The position numbers and the translations under genes are program-made. From positions 16,865 through 80,864 of IMG/VR virus record IMGVR_UViG_2924880783_000005: a stretch of 64,000 nt of DNA; one strand, given 5' to 3'. This document shows positions 37,820 through 46,750 of the stretch, one piece after another. The DNA is from a virus. Taxonomy: Duplodnaviria; Caudoviricetes. Under the pieces are notes generated by a model, which had not been told where the DNA came from, did no database searches, and was given only the letters and a program-made list of their open reading frames with translations. The first letter of the stretch is position 1, and every line of letters begins with the position of its first letter.

Positions 37820-38515
37820 ATGGCAAGACAGGACATAATCATGGATGCCGAGTACGGTGAGGTGGAGACTTCCGGCAACGTGGCGGGCAAGAGTTTCTAC
37901 GATTTCGGCCTGCTCGCTGCCGTCGCCGGTGCGGACAACGATACGTTCCGCTACGGGGAGATCGCCGTGCCGGAAGGGTTTACGGGGTTAACCAACGGTC
38001 GCGGTGTCCATGTCCGTATTCCGTATACGCCCGACGTGCGTCGGTTGGCGGTCCGCTTCGTTGCCGGCAGCGGTTCAGGCGGTACGGGGTATCTGAAAAA
38101 TCCCGCGACGGGCAAACCCTGGTTTCCCGTCATGGCGGATACGGAAACGGGCCTGTCGGACATCACTCTGGCCGCGCTCTTCGCCCTCAATGCGGACGGC
38201 CTTTACCGGCTGTTGCCGCAAGAAGGCTGCCTTGTCGTGTACAGCGGCGAAGACACCGATTTCGGGATCGGAACCGCCAAAGCCCAGAACGAGACCTTCC
38301 TGCTGAAAGCCTCCGCCGGCAACCTCTACCAGCACCCGACCACGGGCGTGGGACTTATCGACTACCTGCATTCGAGTCTGGAGAACAACGGTCTTGCCGC
38401 CAAGCTGCAGTCGGAGTTCTCCGCGGACAGGGTAATCATCAAAAACGCCTATATGGATTCCGCGACGGGCGAGCTGTTGCTGGAAACCGTGGAAAAGGAG
38501 GACAATCGTGGGTAA
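37820..38515 (+). CDS. Baseplate protein with a gp25/gpW-like C-terminus
   Basis: NLYQHPTTGVGLIDYL...LQSEFSAD segment; first gene of the wedge cluster. Confidence 0.55.
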   Translation: MARQDIIMDAEYGEVETSGNVAGKSFYDFGLLAAVAGADNDTFRYGEIAVPEGFTGLTNGRGVHVRIPYTPDVRRLAVRFVAGSGSGGTGYLKNPATGKPWFPVMADTETGLSDITLAALFALNADGLYRLLPQEGCLVVYSGEDTDFGIGTAKAQNETFLLKASAGNLYQHPTTGVGLIDYLHSSLENNGLAAKLQSEFSADRVIIKNAYMDSATGELLLETVEKEDNRG

Positions 38516-39440
38516 ATACAGCGTCATAGCCGGTCAGAACCTTTACGATGTCGCCCTGCACCTTTACGGCAGCATCGAAGGGGTCGTGGATTTGCTCGTC
38601 AGCAACCCCGATCTTTCCTTCGACACGATACTGTCAGCCGGTCGGGAGCTTATCTACACGGACGGTTTCGTTATCCGTGCCGACGTGGTCGCTTACAACG
38701 AGCTGCACGGTATTGTTCCCGCCAACGGGGAACGTCATGTCTATCCCAAGACATTCACCCTGCCGCTCGCCGCCGTCATCACGCTCGACGCGGCGGTCAT
38801 CACCGCGCGGTGCGGCGTGTCGGGCGTGGGATTACTGGAAATCGACTGGGGCGACAACAGCGACACGGAGGTCGTCTCCCTGACGGACACGCCGCAACTC
38901 CTTACCCATACCTTCGACAACAGAGTGCGGAAAAAGCGCACGATACGATGGTTTACTCAGGCCCGTTTCAAAACCATCGACTGGAGCGGACTCCGTCCGA
39001 AATCGTTGGCGCTGTTGCAGACGCTGCCCGTGGAGGAGCTGACGCTCACGGATGTCACGCTCTCCCTGGAAGGGCTGCGGCTGCTTTCCGACACCTGCCT
39101 GCTGAACCTCCGCGGCCTTGTCGCCGCCGACCTCACACCGCTTGTGGAAAGCCGTGGGCTGATGACGCTCGACCTTTCCGCCGCCCGTCTGAAACCGACG
39201 GTCATCGACCGCTACCTGACTGCCCTTGTCGAGCGGTACGGGAACCGTCGGAACTGTACGGTCATCCTGCCTTCGGCTCCGACAGGGCTTTATCGCGAGC
39301 CCGAACGGGAACCGGAAAGCGGCCGTTACCGCATCACCTCGGGCATGGAGGCCATGTGGGTCATCCTGCACGAGGAGGCGTGGAACGAGGGCGGAGCGTG
39401 GAAATTCATTATTGACGATATAACCTACACCGTGGAATGA
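38508..39440 (+). CDS. LysM/tail-X-like N-terminus plus a leucine-rich region (baseplate component)
   Basis: YSVIAGQNLYDVALHLYGS (LysM-like) and LxxLxL repeats. Confidence 0.6.
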   Translation: MGKYSVIAGQNLYDVALHLYGSIEGVVDLLVSNPDLSFDTILSAGRELIYTDGFVIRADVVAYNELHGIVPANGERHVYPKTFTLPLAAVITLDAAVITARCGVSGVGLLEIDWGDNSDTEVVSLTDTPQLLTHTFDNRVRKKRTIRWFTQARFKTIDWSGLRPKSLALLQTLPVEELTLTDVTLSLEGLRLLSDTCLLNLRGLVAADLTPLVESRGLMTLDLSAARLKPTVIDRYLTALVERYGNRRNCTVILPSAPTGLYREPEREPESGRYRITSGMEAMWVILHEEAWNEGGAWKFIIDDITYTVE

Positions 39441-40330
39441 GCAGAACGATCAAGGAAATATATAACGAAGCCGTGCGGGAGCGCAACCGGCGGTTGGAGC
39501 TGACGGAGTTCGCCAGCGACTCGAAACTGTCCGTGATGAACGGCATCCTGTGGGTCGCGGCAGCCCTGATTCACAGCTTCGAGACATTGCTGGACGTCTT
39601 TGCCATAGACATCTCCGAGGCCATCAACAGCCGGATAAACGGCACCCCGAACTATTACGCCCACGCGCTGCTGCAATACCAGCAGGGGGACGAACTGATC
39701 GTCCGCGAGGACGGTCTCGCGTTCGGTTATGCCCACGTGGACGAGACCAAGCGCATCATCACGCAGGTCTCCTACGTGGAGAGCACGGACGACAGCAACC
39801 TCGACAGCAAGCTGATCCTGAAAATCGCCACCGGCACAAAAGGTCATCTGGAGGCTATTCCGGCTTCAGAGTTAGTGCCCGTCAACGCCTACATCGGCAA
39901 GTTGAAATTCGCCGGCACCCGTATCGAAGTCATCTCTACCAAGGGCGACGTGCTGGTCCCGCGCCTGACGGTCTTCTACGACGGCGCCGTCCCCGAGGCG
40001 GAGATGTACGATGCCGTCGAGGAGCGTATCCGCGGGTACATCACGGGCATCGACTTCGACGCCGCGGTCTATGTCTCGCGTCTTACGGACGCCATACGGG
40101 AGGCGGAACATGTCACCGACGTCTACATCGACGAGGGGGCCGTGCCCGAGCAGGGCGTGTTCATCGCCTGCCACGATGCCGACGGGCAGATACAGCCCCT
40201 GCAACGTGTCGGCCGCATGACCTACACCGCCTCGGGCTACCTGAAAGAGTCCTCGCGCAAGGACGAGGAGTCGGAACTGCCGACCTTTAGGGAAGCCATT
40301 ACGCTCAGGATCGAAAACCATGAGATATAG
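39437..40330 (+). CDS. Baseplate J-like wedge protein
   Basis: RTIKEIYNE N-terminus, GTPNYY and YIGKLKFAGTRIEVIS motifs. Confidence 0.65.
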   Translation: MSRTIKEIYNEAVRERNRRLELTEFASDSKLSVMNGILWVAAALIHSFETLLDVFAIDISEAINSRINGTPNYYAHALLQYQQGDELIVREDGLAFGYAHVDETKRIITQVSYVESTDDSNLDSKLILKIATGTKGHLEAIPASELVPVNAYIGKLKFAGTRIEVISTKGDVLVPRLTVFYDGAVPEAEMYDAVEERIRGYITGIDFDAAVYVSRLTDAIREAEHVTDVYIDEGAVPEQGVFIACHDADGQIQPLQRVGRMTYTASGYLKESSRKDEESELPTFREAITLRIENHEI

Positions 40331-40880
40331 ACTTCCCATCGACCGTTTAGTGAACCAGCTCGTGCCGCATTACCTGTCGGGGAGGCGGTTCATCCTCTTC
40401 GTGCAGAGCGCGCTCTACCCGTTGCGGAGCCTGAACGAGCGGTTCCGCGCCTTCGCCCGCGAGCGGCATATCGAGGCCCGCATGACCTCGCAGGTCATCT
40501 ACTTCGAGTGGTACCTGAACTACCGCTTCGGCCAATACCTGCAAGACGGCAGGGACCGCATCTTCCTCCGGGAGAGCGAGAGCGTCGGCGTGGACCTCTA
40601 CCACGAGCGCACCGAATACCGGCGACCCTGCACCATCTGGTACAACGGGGAGGAAATCACGGCCACGGACGAGTCGGAACAGCCGCGCCCGTTTTACCGG
40701 CTCGTCGAGGAAAAGACGATAGGCAGGGTCAGCTTTATGGTCTGCGTGCCGCCGGTAACGATTCCCGCGCAGGAGCTCGTCTATATGCTGTCGTTCGCGG
40801 TGAACCGCTACAGGATTGCGGGCAAGACCTACCTGATCAAGATAGACAAAGAAGAGTACGAACCCAATTCCAACGCGTAG
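40320..40880 (+). CDS. Baseplate wedge (gpI-like) protein
   Basis: Follows the J-like gene; SQVIYFEWYLN motif. Confidence 0.55.
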   Translation: MRYRLPIDRLVNQLVPHYLSGRRFILFVQSALYPLRSLNERFRAFARERHIEARMTSQVIYFEWYLNYRFGQYLQDGRDRIFLRESESVGVDLYHERTEYRRPCTIWYNGEEITATDESEQPRPFYRLVEEKTIGRVSFMVCVPPVTIPAQELVYMLSFAVNRYRIAGKTYLIKIDKEEYEPNSNA

Positions 40881-40885
40881 AAGTA

Positions 40886-43468
40886 ATGAAAGAATATGTA
40901 GCAGAGCCCGGCGGACGATATACCTACTCGGACGATATCCTGAACCTGCAGGAGCTCGCCCTGAGCCTGAGCGCCATCTTCGACGGCTGCTCGGATTTCA
41001 TCATATCGGGCTGCGAGCCGGACGGGGCGAACATCTCGCCCGGTTATGTCTGGCTCGGCGGCAAGGTGCGCCGTTTCGAGGGAGCCACGGATGCGGCCTA
41101 TCCCTATTACATTTACGAGACGAACCGCCACGAGTCGGTGGTCTACGCCAACGATACGAACAAACGGGGGCGCACCTGCTACCTGTGTGCCGGCAGTGCG
41201 TCCGTTCCCGACACCGAGGATTCTGTCACGGGCAAGCTCCCCGCCTTCATCGAAATCCGGGAGGAGTATGCCCCGCGTTTCATCGACAAGTTCTTCGGCC
41301 GGTATGCCGTGCTGCTCGACACGCCTTTCGCGCGCCAGACCGTGAAGAAAGACCTCGTGCTGGCCGGAACCGTCACCGCCGAGAAAGAGTTCCGCTCGAA
41401 GACGGCGGTATCCGTCGCCGGGGAGAACGGCTACATGCTCAGGGGAATCGTCAAGGCGGACGGCGACGCCTCGCTCGGCGCCTACCTTAGCGGGCTGCTC
41501 GTAAGCGAGATCGTGATCCGTACCGACGGGACCTTCTCGTTCATGAAACAGGGCAAGGAGCTGGCACGGATCACGGAGAACGGTATCTCGTACGGAGCCT
41601 CGCTCAGCGATACCGCCCGCATCGGTTCCCTGCGCATCCAAGGCGCCGACCTCTTCAACACGGCGGACGCCACCGATGCGGGATGCGTACGTGTCAACCA
41701 TTACGGTCTGAACGGCGGCGCCGCCAAATACCGGGACTTCGCCGTTCATGACGGCAAGGCATGCGGCGTTCCGATTCTGAAAGTAGTCGGAAAAAACGCC
41801 ACGGTCGAGGTCGGCGGGCGCCTTTCGGTGCGGAGTGCCGGTCGCGGCATCGAGCTTTGCAATACGTCCTACACGAAAGAAGACCCCAAACTGACCAATC
41901 TTCTCGCGTGGCGGGACAGCGCGGGGGCGGCCATCGCCGCCGTCGGTTACGACAGCACGGACAGTTTCCGGTTTGTCGTACGCAACACGCTCGGTGACAT
42001 CGTCCTCGCGCCGTCTGGATGTGTCGATGTACTCGGGACACTGCGGGTGAACGGGAAGTCCGTTGCCGAGACCTATGTTACCGTTACGGCCTACACCCAG
42101 GGAATGAAGGGCAAGGTGGACAAGGTTACAGGCAAACAGCTCTCCACTGAAGATTTTACCACCGAGTATAAAAATAAACTCGACGCCATCACCACAGGTA
42201 CGATTGCCGGGGGCGGCACGGGTTACGTCACCTCGGGAGCCGTCGCCGAAGCCCTGAAAATGAAGCTTTCGGCCGATGGAAACCTGTCGGACGTGATGGA
42301 CAAGGCGGCAGCGCGCCGGAATCTGGACGTCTACTCCAAGACGGACGCCGGGGGCGTGTTCCTGAAAATCTCGGAGGGGTTGCAGGAACTGGTGCGGCTC
42401 TCGGCCGAGGAGATCAATTCCCTCAGCGCGGAAGAGGCCGCGGCGTTGAAAGCAAGGAAACAAGCCGCCATCCGGGAGACGCTCGACGCCGAGAAGAAAG
42501 GCACGGGAGAGTCGAAACTTGCCAAGGCGTCGAACCTTTCCGATGTGGCGGACAAGGGCAAGGCCCGCAAGAATCTCGAGATATATTCCACCTCGGAGGT
42601 GGACCGGATGCTGGCGGGGAAACTCGGCACGGACTCCGCCTACGAGGGAGTGGTCTTCACGGCGGAACTGCGGGACAAACTGCTGGCTATAAAAACGGGC
42701 TCGTTCGCCTATACGGACGAGAACGGCAAATCCCACGCGCAGGTCGAAGGCTACCTCCCCACGTCGCAGGTGGTGAAGCAGCTTAGACTGAAAGCCGACC
42801 GCCTGATGGCGGGCTACAACGCTTCGGAGCAGGATGCCATTGCCGCGAACCTGAACCTCTACACGAAAGGCGTGTCGGACAGCCGTTTCGCCAAGGTAGA
42901 GAGTCTCTTCCAGGATTACATCACTTACCTCGTGTCGCGGGGGAAGACCACGGCACAGGCCCAGCAGCTGCTGCGCGAGAGGCTGAACCTGCTTTCCAGG
43001 GACGAGACGGTCCGCGACTACCTGCGCAAGGACGCCAGGCTGACCGACCTCGCGTTGGGCGGTACGGAGGCGCAGCGCCAGGTGTGCCGCACGTTAGGGG
43101 CAGCTTTCGCGGCGGACTACCAGCCCGTACTCGCGGATACCGGCTGGCTGCAGATGGCGGGCAGCGGTTCGGGAACCGACACGCGGGGATTTTTCGTCCG
43201 TCAAATCGGCAATATCGTCTCCATCCAGGGGTACATCAATACGGCCCGGCGCGACGGCAGTAACTGGGGCGGAATCGTGGCGCTTATCCCCAATACCATC
43301 CAGCCGCCCCGGTATAGTGTCCGTTGCACGGCCGCCGACTGGAACGACGACCATAAATACAATCGCGGCAGCTCCTTTGTCATATATGGCGGCTCCCGCA
43401 AGGTGCAGCTTTTCGAGAGAGGAATGTATAACGTGAATGTAGAACTCAACTTTACCTATTTTATATGA
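40886..43468 (+). CDS. Second tail fibre-like protein
   Basis: Start at ATG 40886; KVDKVTGKQLSTEDFT, ASNLSDV...ARKNL repeats and a C-terminal DTGW...RQIGNIVSIQG head-like domain. Confidence 0.75.
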   Translation: MKEYVAEPGGRYTYSDDILNLQELALSLSAIFDGCSDFIISGCEPDGANISPGYVWLGGKVRRFEGATDAAYPYYIYETNRHESVVYANDTNKRGRTCYLCAGSASVPDTEDSVTGKLPAFIEIREEYAPRFIDKFFGRYAVLLDTPFARQTVKKDLVLAGTVTAEKEFRSKTAVSVAGENGYMLRGIVKADGDASLGAYLSGLLVSEIVIRTDGTFSFMKQGKELARITENGISYGASLSDTARIGSLRIQGADLFNTADATDAGCVRVNHYGLNGGAAKYRDFAVHDGKACGVPILKVVGKNATVEVGGRLSVRSAGRGIELCNTSYTKEDPKLTNLLAWRDSAGAAIAAVGYDSTDSFRFVVRNTLGDIVLAPSGCVDVLGTLRVNGKSVAETYVTVTAYTQGMKGKVDKVTGKQLSTEDFTTEYKNKLDAITTGTIAGGGTGYVTSGAVAEALKMKLSADGNLSDVMDKAAARRNLDVYSKTDAGGVFLKISEGLQELVRLSAEEINSLSAEEAAALKARKQAAIRETLDAEKKGTGESKLAKASNLSDVADKGKARKNLEIYSTSEVDRMLAGKLGTDSAYEGVVFTAELRDKLLAIKTGSFAYTDENGKSHAQVEGYLPTSQVVKQLRLKADRLMAGYNASEQDAIAANLNLYTKGVSDSRFAKVESLFQDYITYLVSRGKTTAQAQQLLRERLNLLSRDETVRDYLRKDARLTDLALGGTEAQRQVCRTLGAAFAADYQPVLADTGWLQMAGSGSGTDTRGFFVRQIGNIVSIQGYINTARRDGSNWGGIVALIPNTIQPPRYSVRCTAADWNDDHKYNRGSSFVIYGGSRKVQLFERGMYNVNVELNFTYFI

Positions 43469-43665
43469 TGAAACGAATCAACGTAACCGGAGACATTGAA
43501 AGCCGCCGGAGAATCGCCCAGAGGCATATCCCCTCCGCCGTACCACCGGTTATCATAACGGAACAAGATGAAAACACCCAAGAAAAAGAACACGAGGCAG
43601 ACCCGGGCGGTCCGACAGACGTCCCCCCGAAGCCGCGAAGACGGAAGGCCGAAAGGAACCCTTAA
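43465..43665 (+). CDS. Small hypothetical protein
   Basis: ATGA-coupled to the fibre stop, but overlaps the next ORF by about 100 nt. Confidence 0.45.
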   Translation: MMKRINVTGDIESRRRIAQRHIPSAVPPVIITEQDENTQEKEHEADPGGPTDVPPKPRRRKAERNP

Positions 43666-44059
43666 ACGGTTCCCGTTCGATGAGACCCGTCTGGGCTTCA
43701 TGCTCCGCTACGAGATGCCGGTGGTCTACTACCTTCTGCGGCGGCTCTGCCCCGGGCAGCAGCCTTTCGAGCCGGACTGGCGCGTCGTCGATTCCGTGGC
43801 CCGTGCCTCAAAAGACCCCTCGTACCGCAAGCCCAAGTTCCGTCGCTATCTGGAAGAGTACAGCCGGGACGGGCTCTGCTGCCGTCGTGCAAAACGGCTC
43901 ACGCCCGGGCGCAAGGCCTACTACGAAGGCATCCGTCGCCGCAAGACGGACGCCTTCATCCGGCAGAACAGGGCGCGGCTCGAAAAGCGCAACCGGGAGG
44001 GTCCGGGCGGCGGCCCGATGCTGCACGATATTAAACGCGTCGTTAAAAAGAAGTTGTAA
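43568..44059 (+). CDS. Basic hypothetical protein (Arg/Lys-rich)
   Basis: 163 aa with a globular-looking core (FPFDETRLGFMLRYEMPVVY). Confidence 0.65.
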   Translation: MKTPKKKNTRQTRAVRQTSPRSREDGRPKGTLKRFPFDETRLGFMLRYEMPVVYYLLRRLCPGQQPFEPDWRVVDSVARASKDPSYRKPKFRRYLEEYSRDGLCCRRAKRLTPGRKAYYEGIRRRKTDAFIRQNRARLEKRNREGPGGGPMLHDIKRVVKKKL

Positions 44060-44329
44060 TGCATTGTAAATAAACAGTCTGCAAAACATCTAATTGCATC
44101 TATTGCTCTTAGGGATTGTTTGTCTATTTTTGTATCCGGTCGCTTCAAGACCCTCGTATATTGTCAACTGAGTATCCCGCGCACGGGATACGGTCAGCGA
44201 GAAAATCTCCCAATCTTATCAACTGAAACGGACGGTGCAACCGAACCCGTCCGCCCTGCATCCAGTTTCGGGTGGTGCGGTGTTGCCGTGTCATCCCTTC
44301 GGGCATTTTTAATCCATAACTATCAAATT

Positions 44330-45607
44330 ATGATGCAAGAAGATTTGGAAAAGACGGGCGGCGTGGAAGGCATGTCGGTCGAAGAGATGTTCCTCGGCAT
44401 TCAGGAGTCCTACGAGGCGGCGCAGCAACGCGCGCAGGAGGAGAACCGTGCATTCGCCCGCACGGAGTTTTTCCGCATGGACAAACTGGGGGTATACCGG
44501 CTTCGAATACTGCCGCTGGCGCCCAACGCGGACGGCACGGCCTCGCGTCCCGGCTACGAGGTCCCCGTGCACCAGCTCCTGCTGGAGCTGGAGAGGCCCA
44601 CGACGGGGAACAAGCCCCAGAAGATGTATGTCACCGTCACCCGAGCCACGGATGCCGGCTACTCGGTGGACCCCATCGAGACCTACCGCAAGTTGGCCGT
44701 GGCACAGGCGAAAGAGCTGGGGGACGATAAGCTGGCCGAAAAAATCGATGGCGGCTCGTTCGGCGGTGGCCTGAAGTACAACTACGGGCACTGCCTTTAC
44801 GTTTTCGACCTGAACGAGCGCGGCAAGGGCATCCAGATGCTGACCCTCTCGCACGCCCAGTTCAAGGACCTGGACGAGCGCAAGTTCAAACTGTGGCAGA
44901 AGAAACTGCAAAAAAATCCGGCGTACCCGTGTCCGATCTCGTCGGTGCATGACGCCTATCCCGTGGAGATCGAGAAGCGCAAGAACGGCTCGAAGACCGA
45001 GTATGTCATCTCCATCGACAACGAATCGGACCCCGTTTCCCTGACCCGCGAGGAGCTGACGGCACTGATGGGCGCGCCGCGCATTCCCGACATCATCTAC
45101 CGCTACACCCGTTATCATCTGGGGGCGACTGTCGAGTTCCTCAAACAGTGCGACGCGCTCTACGGCATGTCGCTCATGCAGACCGACGACATGAAGGCGG
45201 TCATCGACACGCTGGAGGGCGAGCTGCCCAAGGAGGACACCTCCGCCTTCTCCTTCGACCGCCGCTCTAAGGCGGGTAGGGAGAACGGACAGAACAGTAG
45301 CGGACGTATCTCGTACGACGACCTGAGCGACCGTTACGAGGAGCTGAACAGCCGGTCGCTCGGTGACCGCACCGAAGAGGGGCAGGAACTGCGCTCCCTG
45401 ATCCGCGCCTTCATCGAGCAGGAAGGCCTCACCGTCCGTGTCACCCGTTCGACCTCGAACAGCGAACTGCTGGACATGATCTACGACGAAATCATGGGTC
45501 CCGAACCGGAAAGCCACGAGGCGGCAGCTCCCGAAGAGGAGGATACGGAACAGGAAGACGAGCCGCAACCGGCGCAGCGCGCGGAGCGTCCCCGACGTCG
45601 CCGATAA
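44330..45607 (+). CDS. Putative single-stranded DNA-binding protein (T4 gp32-like)
   Basis: Start at ATG 44330; YRLRILP OB-fold-like core; very acidic C-tail; precedes the SbcD/SbcC (gp47/gp46-like) genes. Confidence 0.6.
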   Translation: MMQEDLEKTGGVEGMSVEEMFLGIQESYEAAQQRAQEENRAFARTEFFRMDKLGVYRLRILPLAPNADGTASRPGYEVPVHQLLLELERPTTGNKPQKMYVTVTRATDAGYSVDPIETYRKLAVAQAKELGDDKLAEKIDGGSFGGGLKYNYGHCLYVFDLNERGKGIQMLTLSHAQFKDLDERKFKLWQKKLQKNPAYPCPISSVHDAYPVEIEKRKNGSKTEYVISIDNESDPVSLTREELTALMGAPRIPDIIYRYTRYHLGATVEFLKQCDALYGMSLMQTDDMKAVIDTLEGELPKEDTSAFSFDRRSKAGRENGQNSSGRISYDDLSDRYEELNSRSLGDRTEEGQELRSLIRAFIEQEGLTVRVTRSTSNSELLDMIYDEIMGPEPESHEAAAPEEEDTEQEDEPQPAQRAERPRRRR

Positions 45608-45636
45608 CCTTTCATAAGCAACGAAAACAGTCATCC

Positions 45637-45661
45637 GACGGGAGGTCTTGTGCCTCCCGTC
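45637..45661 (+). terminator. Intergenic hairpin
   Basis: GACGGGAGG/CCTCCCGTC 9-bp stem with no U-tract. Confidence 0.4.
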
Positions 45662-45679
45662 ATTATCCTCACCATGCTT

Positions 45680-46750
45680 ATGAAAAAGAGTTATCCCTGC
45701 CTGCTGCTACTGAACGACATACACGTGTCGAAAGACAATATCCCTGCATTTACGGCCAACTGGCAGGAGGCCATCGATATCTGCAGGGAGATGGATATCC
45801 GGGAGATCGCCGTCGGCGGCGACCTCTTCTTCTCGCGTGCCGCGCAGACGCTCGACGTGCTGCTGGCGGTACATGACGCCCTGCTCACCGCCGCCGAGCA
45901 CGGCATTCATGTGACAATTGCCGAGGGTAACCACGACAAGGTCAACCAAGAGGCCGTACGTGGCTACTGTCATGTTTTCGACCAGCACCCCAACGTCCTG
46001 GTATGCGATGAATACGTGTCGTTGCCTGTGGGCGACGACTGCCGTTTCGTCCTTCACATGATGGGTTACTTTCCGGAGGACGGCTCATTCTGCACCCGTC
46101 TCGACCGCCTCAGGGAGGAGGCTCTCGACCCGAAACGGCTCAACTTCCTTTATATCCATGAAGGCATCAACGGAGCCTTGGCGCAGCCTTCCGAAAAGGA
46201 GTTGCCTGCCAAGATTTTCGAGGCGTTCGACAAAGTCTTTGTAGGGCACTACCACAACCGCTGCATCATCCCCAAGACCCGCATCGAGTACATCGGCTCC
46301 TCGCGCCAGCACAACTTCGGCGAGGACGAGCAGAAGGGATACACCGTCATCTACACCGACGGCACGCACGAATTTATCAAAAATCGTGTGAACACGCGCT
46401 ACAAAGTGCTGGATGTCCCCGTGGAACGTGCCGGGCTGCACCTCATGGACGAGCTCAGGGAGATGGATGCCGACGGCCGCTACAAGGTCAAGGTGCGTGT
46501 TCATGCGCTTCAGGCGGCCATAAAGTCTGTGGACAAGGCTGCGCTTTTGGAGGCGGGAGCCACGAAGGTGGAACTTGTCGCCGATGACGAGGAGATGCCT
46601 GAAGCCTCCTCCTCGTCACTCTTCGAGAAATTCGACAGCCGACGCATCCGCGAGACCTACGAGGAGTTCTGCCGTGAGAAGCAGATAGAGGATGTGGCTG
46701 TCGGACTGGAATATTTATCTAAAATCGAAAACGGACCATGTGGAAACTGA
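45680..46750 (+). CDS. sbcD: SbcD/Mre11-like nuclease
   Basis: NDIH, GGDLF, EGNHD, YIHEG and VGHYH metallophosphoesterase motifs; upstream of an SMC-like ATPase. Confidence 0.88.
   Translation: MKKSYPCLLLLNDIHVSKDNIPAFTANWQEAIDICREMDIREIAVGGDLFFSRAAQTLDVLLAVHDALLTAAEHGIHVTIAEGNHDKVNQEAVRGYCHVFDQHPNVLVCDEYVSLPVGDDCRFVLHMMGYFPEDGSFCTRLDRLREEALDPKRLNFLYIHEGINGALAQPSEKELPAKIFEAFDKVFVGHYHNRCIIPKTRIEYIGSSRQHNFGEDEQKGYTVIYTDGTHEFIKNRVNTRYKVLDVPVERAGLHLMDELREMDADGRYKVKVRVHALQAAIKSVDKAALLEAGATKVELVADDEEMPEASSSSLFEKFDSRRIRETYEEFCREKQIEDVAVGLEYLSKIENGPCGN

Noticed and set aside
40829-42736. 635-aa minus-strand ORF
   Set aside because: Antisense shadow of the fibre gene caused by GC-rich codon bias; no motifs or start context.
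14283-43468. Extracellular contractile injection system or tailocin instead of a phage
   Set aside because: Portal, protease, scaffold, capsid, TerS and a full replisome are linked to the tail genes.
44309-45634. 441-aa minus-strand ORF
   Set aside because: Shadow of the SSB-like gene; no recognisable features.
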